Shown here in pieces: positions 28,633 through 37,484 of a stretch of DNA of 64,000 nucleotides. Numbering within the stretch: the first letter of the stretch is position 1; each line of letters opens with the position of its first letter. The stretch is from the NCBI GenBank assembly GCA_036567945.1, contig DATCTM010000020.1, positions 72 through 64,071 of the forward strand, given 5' to 3'. Both the position numbers and the translations under genes were made by a program. Origin of the DNA: Vicingaceae bacterium. GTDB lineage: Bacteria > Bacteroidota > Bacteroidia > Flavobacteriales_E > Vicingaceae. Below the pieces are notes generated by a model. That model was not told the origin of the DNA and searched no databases. It worked only from the letters and a program-made list of their open reading frames with translations.

Positions 28633-29616
28633 ATGGCAAATATTAGAGACGAACTCAAAAAAAGAATATTAGTATTGGATGGTGCAATGGGCACTATGAT
28701 TCAGCAATACAAACTTACCGAAGAAGATTTTAGAGGCGAACGATTTAAAAATCACTCTTGTCCGCTAAAAGGAAATAATGATATCCTTTCTATTACCAAA
28801 CCTGAGGTAATTAAAGCTATTCATAGTAAATACTTAGCAGCAGGAGCCGACATTATAGAAACCAACTCTTTCGGAAGCACTTCTATCGCCCAAGAAGACT
28901 ACCAGTTGCAAGGTGCAGTTTATGATATTAATTACGCTTGTGCCAAAATTGCCAAAGAGGTTGCTGAGGAATTCACAAAAAAAACACCTGAAAAACCTCG
29001 TTTTGTAGCAGGTTCTATTGGCCCAACTACTAAATTGGCTTCTATGTCTCCTGACGTAAACGATCCCGGTTTTAGAAACATTTCTTTTGACGAGTTACGA
29101 ATTGCTTTTAAAGAACAAGCTAAAGGATTAATTGAAGGGGGCGCTGACTTATTATTGGTTGAAACCATTACTGACACATTAAATGCTAAAGCAGCATTAT
29201 TGGCAATCAACGAAATTCAACAAGAACTAAACACCAATTTACCTGTAATGATTTCAGGAACTATAACTGATGCCAGTGGACGTACACTTTCAGGACAAAC
29301 TACTGAAGCCTTTTTAATTTCTGTTCAACACTCCAAACCGTTAAGCATAGGGTTAAACTGTGCCTTAGGAGCAGCAGCCCTTCGTCCCTATTTGCAAGTG
29401 TTACGTAATAAATCTAATTTTCATGTTTCAGCACACCCTAATGCAGGTTTACCTAACGAAATGGGGGAATATGATGAAAGTCCCGAACAAATGGCTGCTC
29501 AAATTAAAGTTTTCTTAGATGAAGGCTTAGTGGATATTGTTGGTGGTTGTTGCGGAACAACTCCAGAACATATAAAAGCTATTGCTGAACTAGTGAAGAA
29601 ATATCCAAAAAACTAA
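28633..29616 (+). CDS. metH: homocysteine S-methyltransferase domain protein (N-terminal module of cobalamin-dependent methionine synthase, separate gene)
   Basis: [25 protein letters not shown], and [11 protein letters not shown] Zn-ligand cysteines. Start chosen at ATG 28633 ([10 protein letters not shown]). Confidence 0.85.
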   Translation: MANIRDELKKRILVLDGAMGTMIQQYKLTEEDFRGERFKNHSCPLKGNNDILSITKPEVIKAIHSKYLAAGADIIETNSFGSTSIAQEDYQLQGAVYDINYACAKIAKEVAEEFTKKTPEKPRFVAGSIGPTTKLASMSPDVNDPGFRNISFDELRIAFKEQAKGLIEGGADLLLVETITDTLNAKAALLAINEIQQELNTNLPVMISGTITDASGRTLSGQTTEAFLISVQHSKPLSIGLNCALGAAALRPYLQVLRNKSNFHVSAHPNAGLPNEMGEYDESPEQMAAQIKVFLDEGLVDIVGGCCGTTPEHIKAIAELVKKYPKN

Positions 29617-29632
29617 AAAATTGTACTAAACC

Positions 29633-32359
29633 ATGAGTTTACACCCCGATTATAAAGGAAAATACACACATAAATGGGAACATCTTCCTCATTTAACATT
29701 GAGCGGATTAGAACCTTTGATTGTAACACCTGAAACCAATTTTGTAAATATTGGCGAGCGTACCAATGTGGCAGGATCGAAAATGTTTTTGCGTTTAATT
29801 AATGAAAACAAATTTGACGAAGCCCTCTCTGTTGCTCGTGAACAAGTAGAAAATGGAGCTCAAATTATCGACATCAACATGGATGATGGATTAATAGATG
29901 GAAAAGAAGCGATGGTGAAATTCTTAAAATTAATCGCTGCTGAGCCTGATATCTCTAGAGTTCCTATAATGATAGATTCTTCCAAATGGGAAATTATTGA
30001 AGCTGGATTACAAAATGTTCAAGGGAAAAGTGTGGTAAACTCTATCAGTTTAAAAGAAGGTGAACTGCAATTTATTGAGCAAGCCACCAAAATTTTAAAC
30101 TATGGTGCAGCAGTAATTGTAATGGCTTTTGATGAAGTTGGTCAAGCAGATTCTTATGAAAGAAGAATCGAAATTTGCGAAAAATCATATCGTATTTTGG
30201 TGAACAAAGTAGGTTTTCCTCCTCAAGATATTATTTTCGATCCAAATATTTTTCCTGTAGCAACAGGGATGGAAGAGCATAGAAAAAATGCGTTGGATTT
30301 TTTTAGAGCTACCCGTTGGATTAGAGAAAATCTTCCAGGAGCTCATGTTAGTGGAGGTGTTAGCAATGTTTCATTTTCATTTAGAGGAAATAATCCCGTT
30401 AGAGAAGCCATGCACTCAGCATTTTTATATCATGCCATAAACGAAGGAATGGATATGGGAATTGTAAACCCATCTATGCTTGGTGTTTATGATGATATCC
30501 CTAAAGATTTATTAGAACGTGTAGAAGATGTATTGCTCGATAGAAGAGACGATGCTACTGAACGATTATTAGATTTCGCTGAATCTGTGGTGGGTTCCAC
30601 CAAAGAAAAGAAAAAAGATGACGAATGGAGAAGTCAACCATTACAAGAAAGAATTACACATGCTTTGGTAAAAGGAAATGCCGATTTTATTGAGCAAGAT
30701 GTGGAAGAAGCTCGTCAAATAGTGGATAAACCAATAAATGTAATTGAACAACATTTAATGAACGGTATGAATGTAGTAGGAGATCTGTTTGGCTCAGGAA
30801 AAATGTTTTTACCTCAAGTGGTAAAGTCTGCCAGAGTAATGAAAAAAGCAGTAGCTTACCTCCTCCCATTTATTGAAGAAGAAAAACTATTGAATCCAAG
30901 TATTTCAGATAATAATGCAGTAGGAAAGATATTACTTGCAACTGTAAAAGGTGATGTACATGATATTGGAAAAAACATTGTTGGAGTAGTTTTGGCGTGT
31001 AATAATTATGAGGTAATTGATTTAGGTGTAATGACTCCCTTAGAAAAAATTATCCAAATAGCCAAAGACGAAAAAGTAGATATTATTGGACTTTCAGGCT
31101 TAATTACTCCTTCATTAGATGAAATGGTTTATGTAGCCAAAGAAATGGAAAAAGAAGGTATGAGCATTCCGTTATTAATTGGTGGAGCTACTACTTCTAA
31201 AGTACATACCGCAGTAAAAATAGATCAACATTACACTAGCGGACAAGCAGTTTATGTATTAGATGCTTCTCGTTCGGTAACTGTGGTAGAAAATTTATTG
31301 GGTGAAAAGAAAAATGCTTTTATTCAAAATGTGAAGGAAGAGTATGAACGATTAAGAGAAACTTACAGTAAACGTCAGCAAACTAAAGAAACGATTAGTT
31401 TGGCCGAAGCCCGAAAAAATAAATACCAAATTGATTGGGAAGCTCATCCCCCACAAAAGCCCAATTTTATTGGCACAAAGACTTTTTCAGAATACGATTT
31501 AAAAGAAATTTCCGAATACATCGACTGGACTCCTTTTTTCCGAACATGGGAATTAGCAGGAAAGTATCCTCAAATTTTAGAAGATGAAATTGTTGGAAAT
31601 GAAGCAAAAAAACTTTTTACCGATGCTCAACAAATGCTAGAACAAATTATAGCTGAAAAATGGTTGGAAGCAAAAGCGGTGATTGGTATTTGGGAAGCCA
31701 ACACAGAAAATGATGATATTATTAAAGTGTATGAAGAAAATAACCCAATTGGGCAGTTATATCAGTTAAGACAACAATCTAAAAAAGCAACTGGCGTTCC
31801 TAACATGAGTTTAGCAGATTTTATTGCTCCAAAAGAAAGCGGAATAAAAGATTATATTGGAGGGTTTGCTGTAACTGCAGGTATTGGTATAGAAAAACAC
31901 ATTACTCGTTTTGAAGCCGATCATGATGATTATCATGCTATCATGTTAAAAGCATTAGCAGATAGATTGGCAGAAGCTTTTGCAGAATTAATGCACTTAA
32001 AAGTACGTAAAGAATATTGGGGCTATGCCGCTAATGAAGTATTAGATAACAATGCATTAATTAAAGAAAAATATGTGGGTATTCGTCCGGCACCGGGCTA
32101 TCCTGCTTGTCCGAATCATACCTTAAAAACAGATTTATTTCAATTGTTAGATGCTACCAATAAAACAGGAATTGAGTTAACCGAAAGTTTAGCCATGTAC
32201 CCAACTGCAGCAGTAAGCGGAATGTATTTTTCCCATCCGGAAAGTAAATATTTTGGTGTAGGAAAAATAGACAAAGACCAAGTAGAGGCTTATACTAAAG
32301 CAAATCAATTAGACTTCGATATTGCTGAACGTTGGTTGGGGTCGGTGTTGAGTTATTAA
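29633..32359 (+). CDS. metH: methionine synthase, pterin-binding + B12-binding + AdoMet-activation modules
   Basis: LSGLEPL, pterin barrel ([10 protein letters not shown]), B12 motif [11 protein letters not shown], and activation domain ([10 protein letters not shown]...). The frame is closed by TAA two codons upstream of its ATG. Confidence 0.9.
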   Translation: MSLHPDYKGKYTHKWEHLPHLTLSGLEPLIVTPETNFVNIGERTNVAGSKMFLRLINENKFDEALSVAREQVENGAQIIDINMDDGLIDGKEAMVKFLKLIAAEPDISRVPIMIDSSKWEIIEAGLQNVQGKSVVNSISLKEGELQFIEQATKILNYGAAVIVMAFDEVGQADSYERRIEICEKSYRILVNKVGFPPQDIIFDPNIFPVATGMEEHRKNALDFFRATRWIRENLPGAHVSGGVSNVSFSFRGNNPVREAMHSAFLYHAINEGMDMGIVNPSMLGVYDDIPKDLLERVEDVLLDRRDDATERLLDFAESVVGSTKEKKKDDEWRSQPLQERITHALVKGNADFIEQDVEEARQIVDKPINVIEQHLMNGMNVVGDLFGSGKMFLPQVVKSARVMKKAVAYLLPFIEEEKLLNPSISDNNAVGKILLATVKGDVHDIGKNIVGVVLACNNYEVIDLGVMTPLEKIIQIAKDEKVDIIGLSGLITPSLDEMVYVAKEMEKEGMSIPLLIGGATTSKVHTAVKIDQHYTSGQAVYVLDASRSVTVVENLLGEKKNAFIQNVKEEYERLRETYSKRQQTKETISLAEARKNKYQIDWEAHPPQKPNFIGTKTFSEYDLKEISEYIDWTPFFRTWELAGKYPQILEDEIVGNEAKKLFTDAQQMLEQIIAEKWLEAKAVIGIWEANTENDDIIKVYEENNPIGQLYQLRQQSKKATGVPNMSLADFIAPKESGIKDYIGGFAVTAGIGIEKHITRFEADHDDYHAIMLKALADRLAEAFAELMHLKVRKEYWGYAANEVLDNNALIKEKYVGIRPAPGYPACPNHTLKTDLFQLLDATNKTGIELTESLAMYPTAAVSGMYFSHPESKYFGVGKIDKDQVEAYTKANQLDFDIAERWLGSVLSY

Positions 32360-32384
32360 AAAAGAAGTCAAGATTTAAAGTCTG

Positions 32385-32406
32385 AGGTTAGAAATATTTC
32401 TAACCT
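32385..32406. terminator. perfect 22-nt palindrome, probable bidirectional terminator hairpin
   Basis: AGGTTAGAAAT|ATTTCTAACCT between the convergent metH and CBS genes. The flanks are only weakly U-rich. Confidence 0.4.
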
Positions 32407-32437
32407 TATGCCTTAATATCTCTGCACACCTAAACAA

Positions 32438-33811
32438 CTATTTACTACAAGAATCAATAGCTTTTATCATATCTTGTTGAGTAATGATATGGTATTTATC
32501 TTTATCATAACTTACAATAACGGCTTTTGCTCCCTGCTGAAAATGTTTTGAGACGCTTATTACATCAGTATTTTCATCCACCATCGGAAATGGCTCTCCC
32601 ATAATATTTTTTACAGGAAGTTCTTTTAGTTCAGGATTTTCAAGCAATTTAGCAAATAACTGATTATCAGTTAACGAGCCTACAAACTTGCCATCTTCAA
32701 TAACAGGTACTTGAGAAATGGCATATTGGTTCATTAAAATAATTACTTGAGAAACAGGTGTGTCAGTAGTTACGGTTACTAAATGTTTGCCTTTATGGTC
32801 TGAAATTAAATCTAACGCATTAGATTTTTCTTCCTCCAAAAAGCCTCTGTCTCTCATCCAATCATCATTAAACATTTTACCAACATAACGGCTACCATGA
32901 TCATGAAATAAAACTACTACCACGTCATCTTTTTTCAATTCATCTTTTAGTTGTAACACCCCTTTAATAGCACTTCCTGCTGAATTTCCAACAAAAATCC
33001 CTTCTTCTTTAGCTAATTTTCGTTGATAAACTGCTGCATCTTTATCGGTTACTTTTTCAAATTTATCAATTACGCTAAAATCAACATTTTTAGGTAAAAT
33101 ATCTTCACCAATTCCTTCGGTGATGTAAGGATAAATCTCATTTTCATCAAAAATTCCTGTTTCATGGTATTTCTTAAACACAGAACCGTAAGTATCTATT
33201 CCCCAAATTTTAATGTTAGGATTTTTCTCTTTTAAATATTTACCAACTCCTGAAACTGTTCCTCCTGTACCTACTCCTACCACAAAATGAGTAATTTTTC
33301 CTTCTGTTTGTTCCCAAATTTCCGGTCCGGTAGTTAAGTAATGAGCTTTAGTATTCGATGGATTATCATACTGATTTACATACCAAGAATTAGGAATTTC
33401 AGTAGCTAATCGTTTAGAAACAGAGTAATACGAACGAGGATCCTCTGGAGACACATTGGTTGGACAAACATGTACTTCTGCTCCAACTGCTCTTAAAATA
33501 TCCATCTTTTCTTTACTTTGTTTGTCGCTCAACACACAAATTAACTTATATCCTTTTATAATAGCTACCAACGCCAAGCCCATTCCTGTATTTCCAGATG
33601 TTCCCTCAATAATAGTTCCTCCCGGTTTTAGTCTGCCATCAGCTTCAGCATCTTCAATCATTTGCAAAGCCATTCTGTCTTTTACAGAATTTCCCGGATT
33701 AGTAGTTTCTACCTTTGCCAACACCAATGCATCAACATCTTTGCAGATTTTATTTAATTTAACCAATGGCGTATTTCCTATGGTCTCTAGTATGTTATTG
33801 TAATATTGCAT
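32438..33811 (-). CDS. cystathionine beta-synthase-type PLP enzyme with C-terminal CBS-domain pair
   Basis: PLP lysine motif NPGNSVKDR, GTSGNTG, GVGTGGT, and a C-terminal tandem CBS region of about 120 aa. Confidence 0.8.
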   Translation of the reverse strand: MQYYNNILETIGNTPLVKLNKICKDVDALVLAKVETTNPGNSVKDRMALQMIEDAEADGRLKPGGTIIEGTSGNTGMGLALVAIIKGYKLICVLSDKQSKEKMDILRAVGAEVHVCPTNVSPEDPRSYYSVSKRLATEIPNSWYVNQYDNPSNTKAHYLTTGPEIWEQTEGKITHFVVGVGTGGTVSGVGKYLKEKNPNIKIWGIDTYGSVFKKYHETGIFDENEIYPYITEGIGEDILPKNVDFSVIDKFEKVTDKDAAVYQRKLAKEEGIFVGNSAGSAIKGVLQLKDELKKDDVVVVLFHDHGSRYVGKMFNDDWMRDRGFLEEEKSNALDLISDHKGKHLVTVTTDTPVSQVIILMNQYAISQVPVIEDGKFVGSLTDNQLFAKLLENPELKELPVKNIMGEPFPMVDENTDVISVSKHFQQGAKAVIVSYDKDKYHIITQQDMIKAIDSCSK

Positions 33812-33843
33812 GAACTAATTTTTCTGAATTTTATAATTGACTG

Positions 33844-33851
33844 CAAAAGTA
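33844..33851 (-). promoter_or_regulatory. candidate -7 box (TACTTTTG on minus strand) for the CBS gene
   Basis: Reverse complement of CAAAAGTA; lies 32 nt upstream of the ATG at 33811. Confidence 0.4.
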
Positions 33852-34060
33852 ATAAATAGCTAATACAATAATACACTCTTTATTGTAATATTAATAGCCC
33901 TTCAGCTATCGCGAGTTTTTAACTCTTGATTTAGCAATTTATATTAAACGGAGCAAGTTATGCTACACCAAACTAGCACCAACAAGAAGAAGGTTGGGAA
34001 GAAAACAGCTACAAGCAGCAATTAATAATATGAAAACTATAAAAAGTCCGATTGAATTAC

Positions 34061-34068
34061 TACATTTG
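34061..34068 (+). promoter_or_regulatory. candidate -7 box (TACATTTG) for the 392-aa island gene
   Basis: TAnnTTTG match 64 nt upstream of the ATG at 34133. The 28-bp palindrome lies between the box and the ATG. Confidence 0.4.
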
Positions 34069-34084
34069 GGATAAAGATACAGTG

Positions 34085-34112
34085 CGGATAAACGTACCGG
34101 TACGTTTATCCG
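34085..34112. promoter_or_regulatory. perfect 28-bp palindrome (operator or leader hairpin)
   Basis: CGGATAAACGTACC|GGTACGTTTATCCG with no mismatch; GC-richer than its surroundings. Confidence 0.6.
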
Positions 34113-34132
34113 GTTGTTGTATATAATAAGTA

Positions 34133-35311
34133 ATGAGCTTTGACTTCATTGAACATAAAGAATCAAATAATCTAATTCCTCTCAAAATTGAGAATAAGGA
34201 AAGGTACTACCTAGACCTTTTAAATATTGAACATAGTTGGACAGGACGATTAGATGCTCAATTAGCGAATACTTTCATATTAGAATCAAATCAACTTCTG
34301 ATAAATGCTATAACTCTATTTGAACAGGGATACTTTGATTGTGCATACTATTCCTTAAGGCAGTCTCTTGAAGTATCAACTACAATGACATATTTGATTG
34401 ACAATGATGAGGAAACGAGAAGCAAAGAATTAAGAAAATGGAAAGATCAAGGTCATTTTCCAATGTATGGTCAGATGATAAAGTTCCTTGATGCTAATCA
34501 GACTGTATTCTCGGATATAAAGGAACAAATGTCTGAATACTTTGAGGATTTAAATACCGTAAAAAAGAAGCTAAATAAGTACGTTCATAAGCAAGGGTTT
34601 AATACATTCTACATATCAAAGAATCATCCTCTAAACAGAAAAAAAGACCAAAGCAATTTCATAGCAGAGTTTGAAAGCTTCATGAAAAAGTGTATCGGAG
34701 CGGTTGCCGTTTTCAGGTTAACAATTGATCCCTTCCCTATTTTACTAATGGATGAGGATATGTATTCAAGGACTGAAGACACCATGACAAAAGGATACAA
34801 TGACGATTTCATTGAGCAGTATATAGGGACAGAACATATCGAATGTTATAAAAAAACTGAGATGTATCTCAATCATTATAATTCTCTAATTCAGGAAGAA
34901 GCGAAAGAATCATACACATCTGATGTTGTAAAAAATCAATTCATTGATAAAGAGCATATTGACAATATTTTAAAACAAAAACATCTGCTTTCCCAACATG
35001 ATTTAGTAGCTGTAGTACTTTGTGGATTTTCAAAAAAGGTTTCAAAGATTTACTGCATTGGTGGCTTACATATGTATTTCTCTAGCACAAAATCAACTAG
35101 AGATAATTGGTCATGGAGTAGTGAGGATTTCAAGAATTTTGAATCAAGCAAAAACGCATTTAATCAAACTTATGATGAATCCTTTATCTCCTTTATTGAA
35201 TTATATGGTGAGTCCTATTTTATGGAGCATAATGAGAAGTTAGATGAAAATGAAATTAAGGAATTAGAAATATTAAAAATACTACACACAACAATGGCTA
35301 AAAAATCATAG
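34133..35311 (+). CDS. hypothetical cytoplasmic protein, N-terminal half with weak HEPN/AbiV-like features
   Basis: 392 aa with no signal peptide. Helical segment LINAITLFEQGYFDCAYYSLRQSLEVSTTMTYL and a later KKLNKYVHKQG resemble HEPN-type helices, but there is no canonical RxxxxH. The C-terminal half is unrecognisable. Confidence 0.6.
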   Translation: MSFDFIEHKESNNLIPLKIENKERYYLDLLNIEHSWTGRLDAQLANTFILESNQLLINAITLFEQGYFDCAYYSLRQSLEVSTTMTYLIDNDEETRSKELRKWKDQGHFPMYGQMIKFLDANQTVFSDIKEQMSEYFEDLNTVKKKLNKYVHKQGFNTFYISKNHPLNRKKDQSNFIAEFESFMKKCIGAVAVFRLTIDPFPILLMDEDMYSRTEDTMTKGYNDDFIEQYIGTEHIECYKKTEMYLNHYNSLIQEEAKESYTSDVVKNQFIDKEHIDNILKQKHLLSQHDLVAVVLCGFSKKVSKIYCIGGLHMYFSSTKSTRDNWSWSSEDFKNFESSKNAFNQTYDESFISFIELYGESYFMEHNEKLDENEIKELEILKILHTTMAKKS

Positions 35312-35375
35312 CTGCCCTATGGGTCAGCAACGCTTTTTAGCCGGAACGTTGGGTATAATTAAAAACGCATATTAA

Positions 35376-36053
35376 GTGAAATCAAAAAACAACTATGTAA
35401 TTATTATTTTTCTCAGTTTCGTAACATTAGTTGCCTGTAATAATTATTTAGAAAAAGAAGAAATTTCTGAACTTCTGGAATTTACAAATTCAAAAGACAT
35501 TGAGGTTTATGATGAAGGAAAAGATTTAGTTATAGATATTTCAGAAAGTAACCTTAAAGATTTTGAAGTTTGTCAATTATACTCTAGTTCGGTAGCAGTA
35601 ACAGTATTTAACATAACAAATAAATCAAAAAAGATCTTATTTCATGACGGCACTTGTATTGTAAACTTTCTTTCGTCAGACTCAATAAAACATACCTTTC
35701 GTTTTCCCTATACTGAATTATTTAAAATAGTAGACATTTATAAGACTAATCAAGAACTTCTGCAATTCATTTGTAATAAAGACAGAAAATTAGTTGAACA
35801 GAAGATCGACAATTCAGTTGTCAGTTCAAAAGACAAAGAATTAATCGTTGATGCTTTAATAAATAGTGATTTATGTATAAACAATACTGATTATATAAAT
35901 TACGGCTATTACATTGACAACGAAAATTCTCTAAACACAAATATGACAAGCCTTTATGTGAATTTTACTTACCCAAATGGAGATGTTAAAAATGTAATCT
36001 TTAACTATCTTGAAAAATCTAAAAAGCTTGTTGGTGTTGAAGAAATTACGTAA
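35376..36053 (+). CDS. hypothetical lipoprotein
   Basis: GTG start; lipobox LSFVTLVAC; 225 aa with no recognisable domain. Confidence 0.55.
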   Translation: MKSKNNYVIIIFLSFVTLVACNNYLEKEEISELLEFTNSKDIEVYDEGKDLVIDISESNLKDFEVCQLYSSSVAVTVFNITNKSKKILFHDGTCIVNFLSSDSIKHTFRFPYTELFKIVDIYKTNQELLQFICNKDRKLVEQKIDNSVVSSKDKELIVDALINSDLCINNTDYINYGYYIDNENSLNTNMTSLYVNFTYPNGDVKNVIFNYLEKSKKLVGVEEIT

Positions 36054-36117
36054 CAAAAACAACACCCAACAATCTGTCATATTGCATTTTGCTTGCGAGC
36101 AGCTTAGTTGTTTGTAA

Positions 36118-36150
36118 ATTTTGTAGGTAATTGCCATTCATTTTGTAGGT
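36118..36150 (+). repeat. two direct copies of ATTTTGTAGGT spaced 22 bp apart
   Basis: Copies at 36118-36128 and 36140-36150. An inverted 9-mer copy, CTACAAAAT, lies at 36238-36246. Confidence 0.7.
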
Positions 36151-36327
36151 GGTTATTTATAAGCTTTACAAATTGCATCTTTGCCTCAGACAGCGAACAT
36201 CTTCCCTATCTGAAAATGATTTGCTCTTTGTTACATCTACAAAATTTCATTACTTTGGTGCTATTAATAAACTGATTAAAACGCAACATACAGTTGTCGT
36301 TAAAATGCACAAAAAAAAATTAACCAC

Positions 36328-36354
36328 ATAAAAAAATCCCCAAGTTGGGGATTT
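36328..36354 (-). terminator. intrinsic terminator of the 148-aa gene (hairpin could also act on the plus strand)
   Basis: Stem AAATCCCCA/TGGGGATTT with a 3-nt loop. T7 run on the minus strand and ATATTTT on the plus strand. Confidence 0.8.
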
Positions 36355-36362
36355 ATATTTTC

Positions 36363-36809
36363 TTAAAAATCGAAATCAGGATCCGGAGCCTTCACATACG
36401 ATTTTTTCTTAGGTTTAATTTTCTTCACAAACAAAATGGTTATCAGTTCATCATCCACAGTAATCATGGTTCTGCTCATGCCATTAGTAATGTTAATTTC
36501 CTGATCGGGATACCTGAATTTTCTACTAATTTTCTCGAAAGTATTGTCTTCAAACTTTAAATACATTTCATTTACATTTATTTGTTGGTTTTTAACCAGC
36601 ACTTTTCCGTAATAGCATTCTGCCATACTTCCTTTTCTAAAACTTATGATAACATCATCATAAACACCATCTTCAACTTCATAAGCGCCTCTCGTCTCAA
36701 AAACTGTAGCGTATTTTTGATAACAAGTTACTTGATCTTCTTCTGTATCTTGAGCATAAAAAGCTCCTGCTATAAATAGTAAGGATAAACTGAGTAAAAT
36801 TTTTTTCAT
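36363..36809 (-). CDS. hypothetical secreted protein
   Basis: Signal peptide MKKILLSLSLLFIAGAFYAQ; 148 aa; no recognised domain. Confidence 0.6.
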   Translation of the reverse strand: MKKILLSLSLLFIAGAFYAQDTEEDQVTCYQKYATVFETRGAYEVEDGVYDDVIISFRKGSMAECYYGKVLVKNQQINVNEMYLKFEDNTFEKISRKFRYPDQEINITNGMSRTMITVDDELITILFVKKIKPKKKSYVKAPDPDFDF

Positions 36810-36873
36810 GTCGTAATTTTTTTATTGGTATAAAAGTAAAAATACTTTATTTATTATCTAAATTTAAAAGTTA

Positions 36874-36881
36874 TATTTTTG
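36874..36881 (+). promoter_or_regulatory. candidate -7 box (TATTTTTG) for gmhA
   Basis: TAnnTTTG match 25 nt upstream of the ATG at 36907. Confidence 0.4.
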
Positions 36882-36906
36882 TAACAAATTTGACAAATCG
36901 AACAAA

Positions 36907-37482
36907 ATGAGTATAAAACTAATCAAAAATAATTTTATAGAGGCAAAACAACTTTTAGACCATTTTATAAATGAGGAGAAAAATTTAGAAAAAATTGCTC
37001 AAGCAGGCGATTTGTTAGTGCAAGTTTTTAAAAACGGAGGCACTGCTTTTTCATGTGGAAACGGTGGTTCCATGTGCGATGCTATCCATTTTGCTGAAGA
37101 ATTAACAGGTAAGTTCAGAGAAGAAAGAATGGCTTTACCTGCTATTGCAATTTCCGATTCAGGTTACTTAAGTTGTGTAGGAAACGATTACGGTTATGAT
37201 GAAATTTTTGCACGTTTTATCTTAGGAGTTGCTAAAAAAGGTGATGTTTTGTTAGCCATTAGTACTAGTGGAAACTCTAAAAATATTTTAAGAGCGGCAG
37301 AAGTTGCTAAAAGTAAAGGTGTTTTTGTTATCGGACTTACAGGAAAAGATGGCGGTAAATTAGCTAATTTATGTGATGTGGAAATAAGAGTTCCTCACAA
37401 TGGCTATGCAGATAGAACACAAGAAATACACATTAAAATCATTCATTCATTAATTCATTATATTGAAGAAAAAATAATTTAA
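36907..37482 (+). CDS. gmhA: D-sedoheptulose-7-phosphate isomerase (SIS domain)
   Basis: [17 protein letters not shown] and ISTSGNS motifs; 191 aa. Confidence 0.85.
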   Translation: MSIKLIKNNFIEAKQLLDHFINEEKNLEKIAQAGDLLVQVFKNGGTAFSCGNGGSMCDAIHFAEELTGKFREERMALPAIAISDSGYLSCVGNDYGYDEIFARFILGVAKKGDVLLAISTSGNSKNILRAAEVAKSKGVFVIGLTGKDGGKLANLCDVEIRVPHNGYADRTQEIHIKIIHSLIHYIEEKII

Positions 37483-37484
37483 AA

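Noticed and set aside
33940-34075. Slightly GC-richer stretch with 21-aa and 14-aa mini-ORFs upstream of the island; considered as a tRNA/att remnant or small gene
   Set aside because: No tRNA-like arms (no GTTCRANYC box), the mini-ORFs lack any recognisable features, and no matching direct repeat was found at the other island edge.
36149-36560. Two small plus-strand ORFs (36149..36331, 36345..36560)
   Set aside because: The first needs a GTG start in repeat-rich noncoding DNA and is basic low-complexity. The second is antisense to the 148-aa secreted-protein gene and begins inside its terminator.
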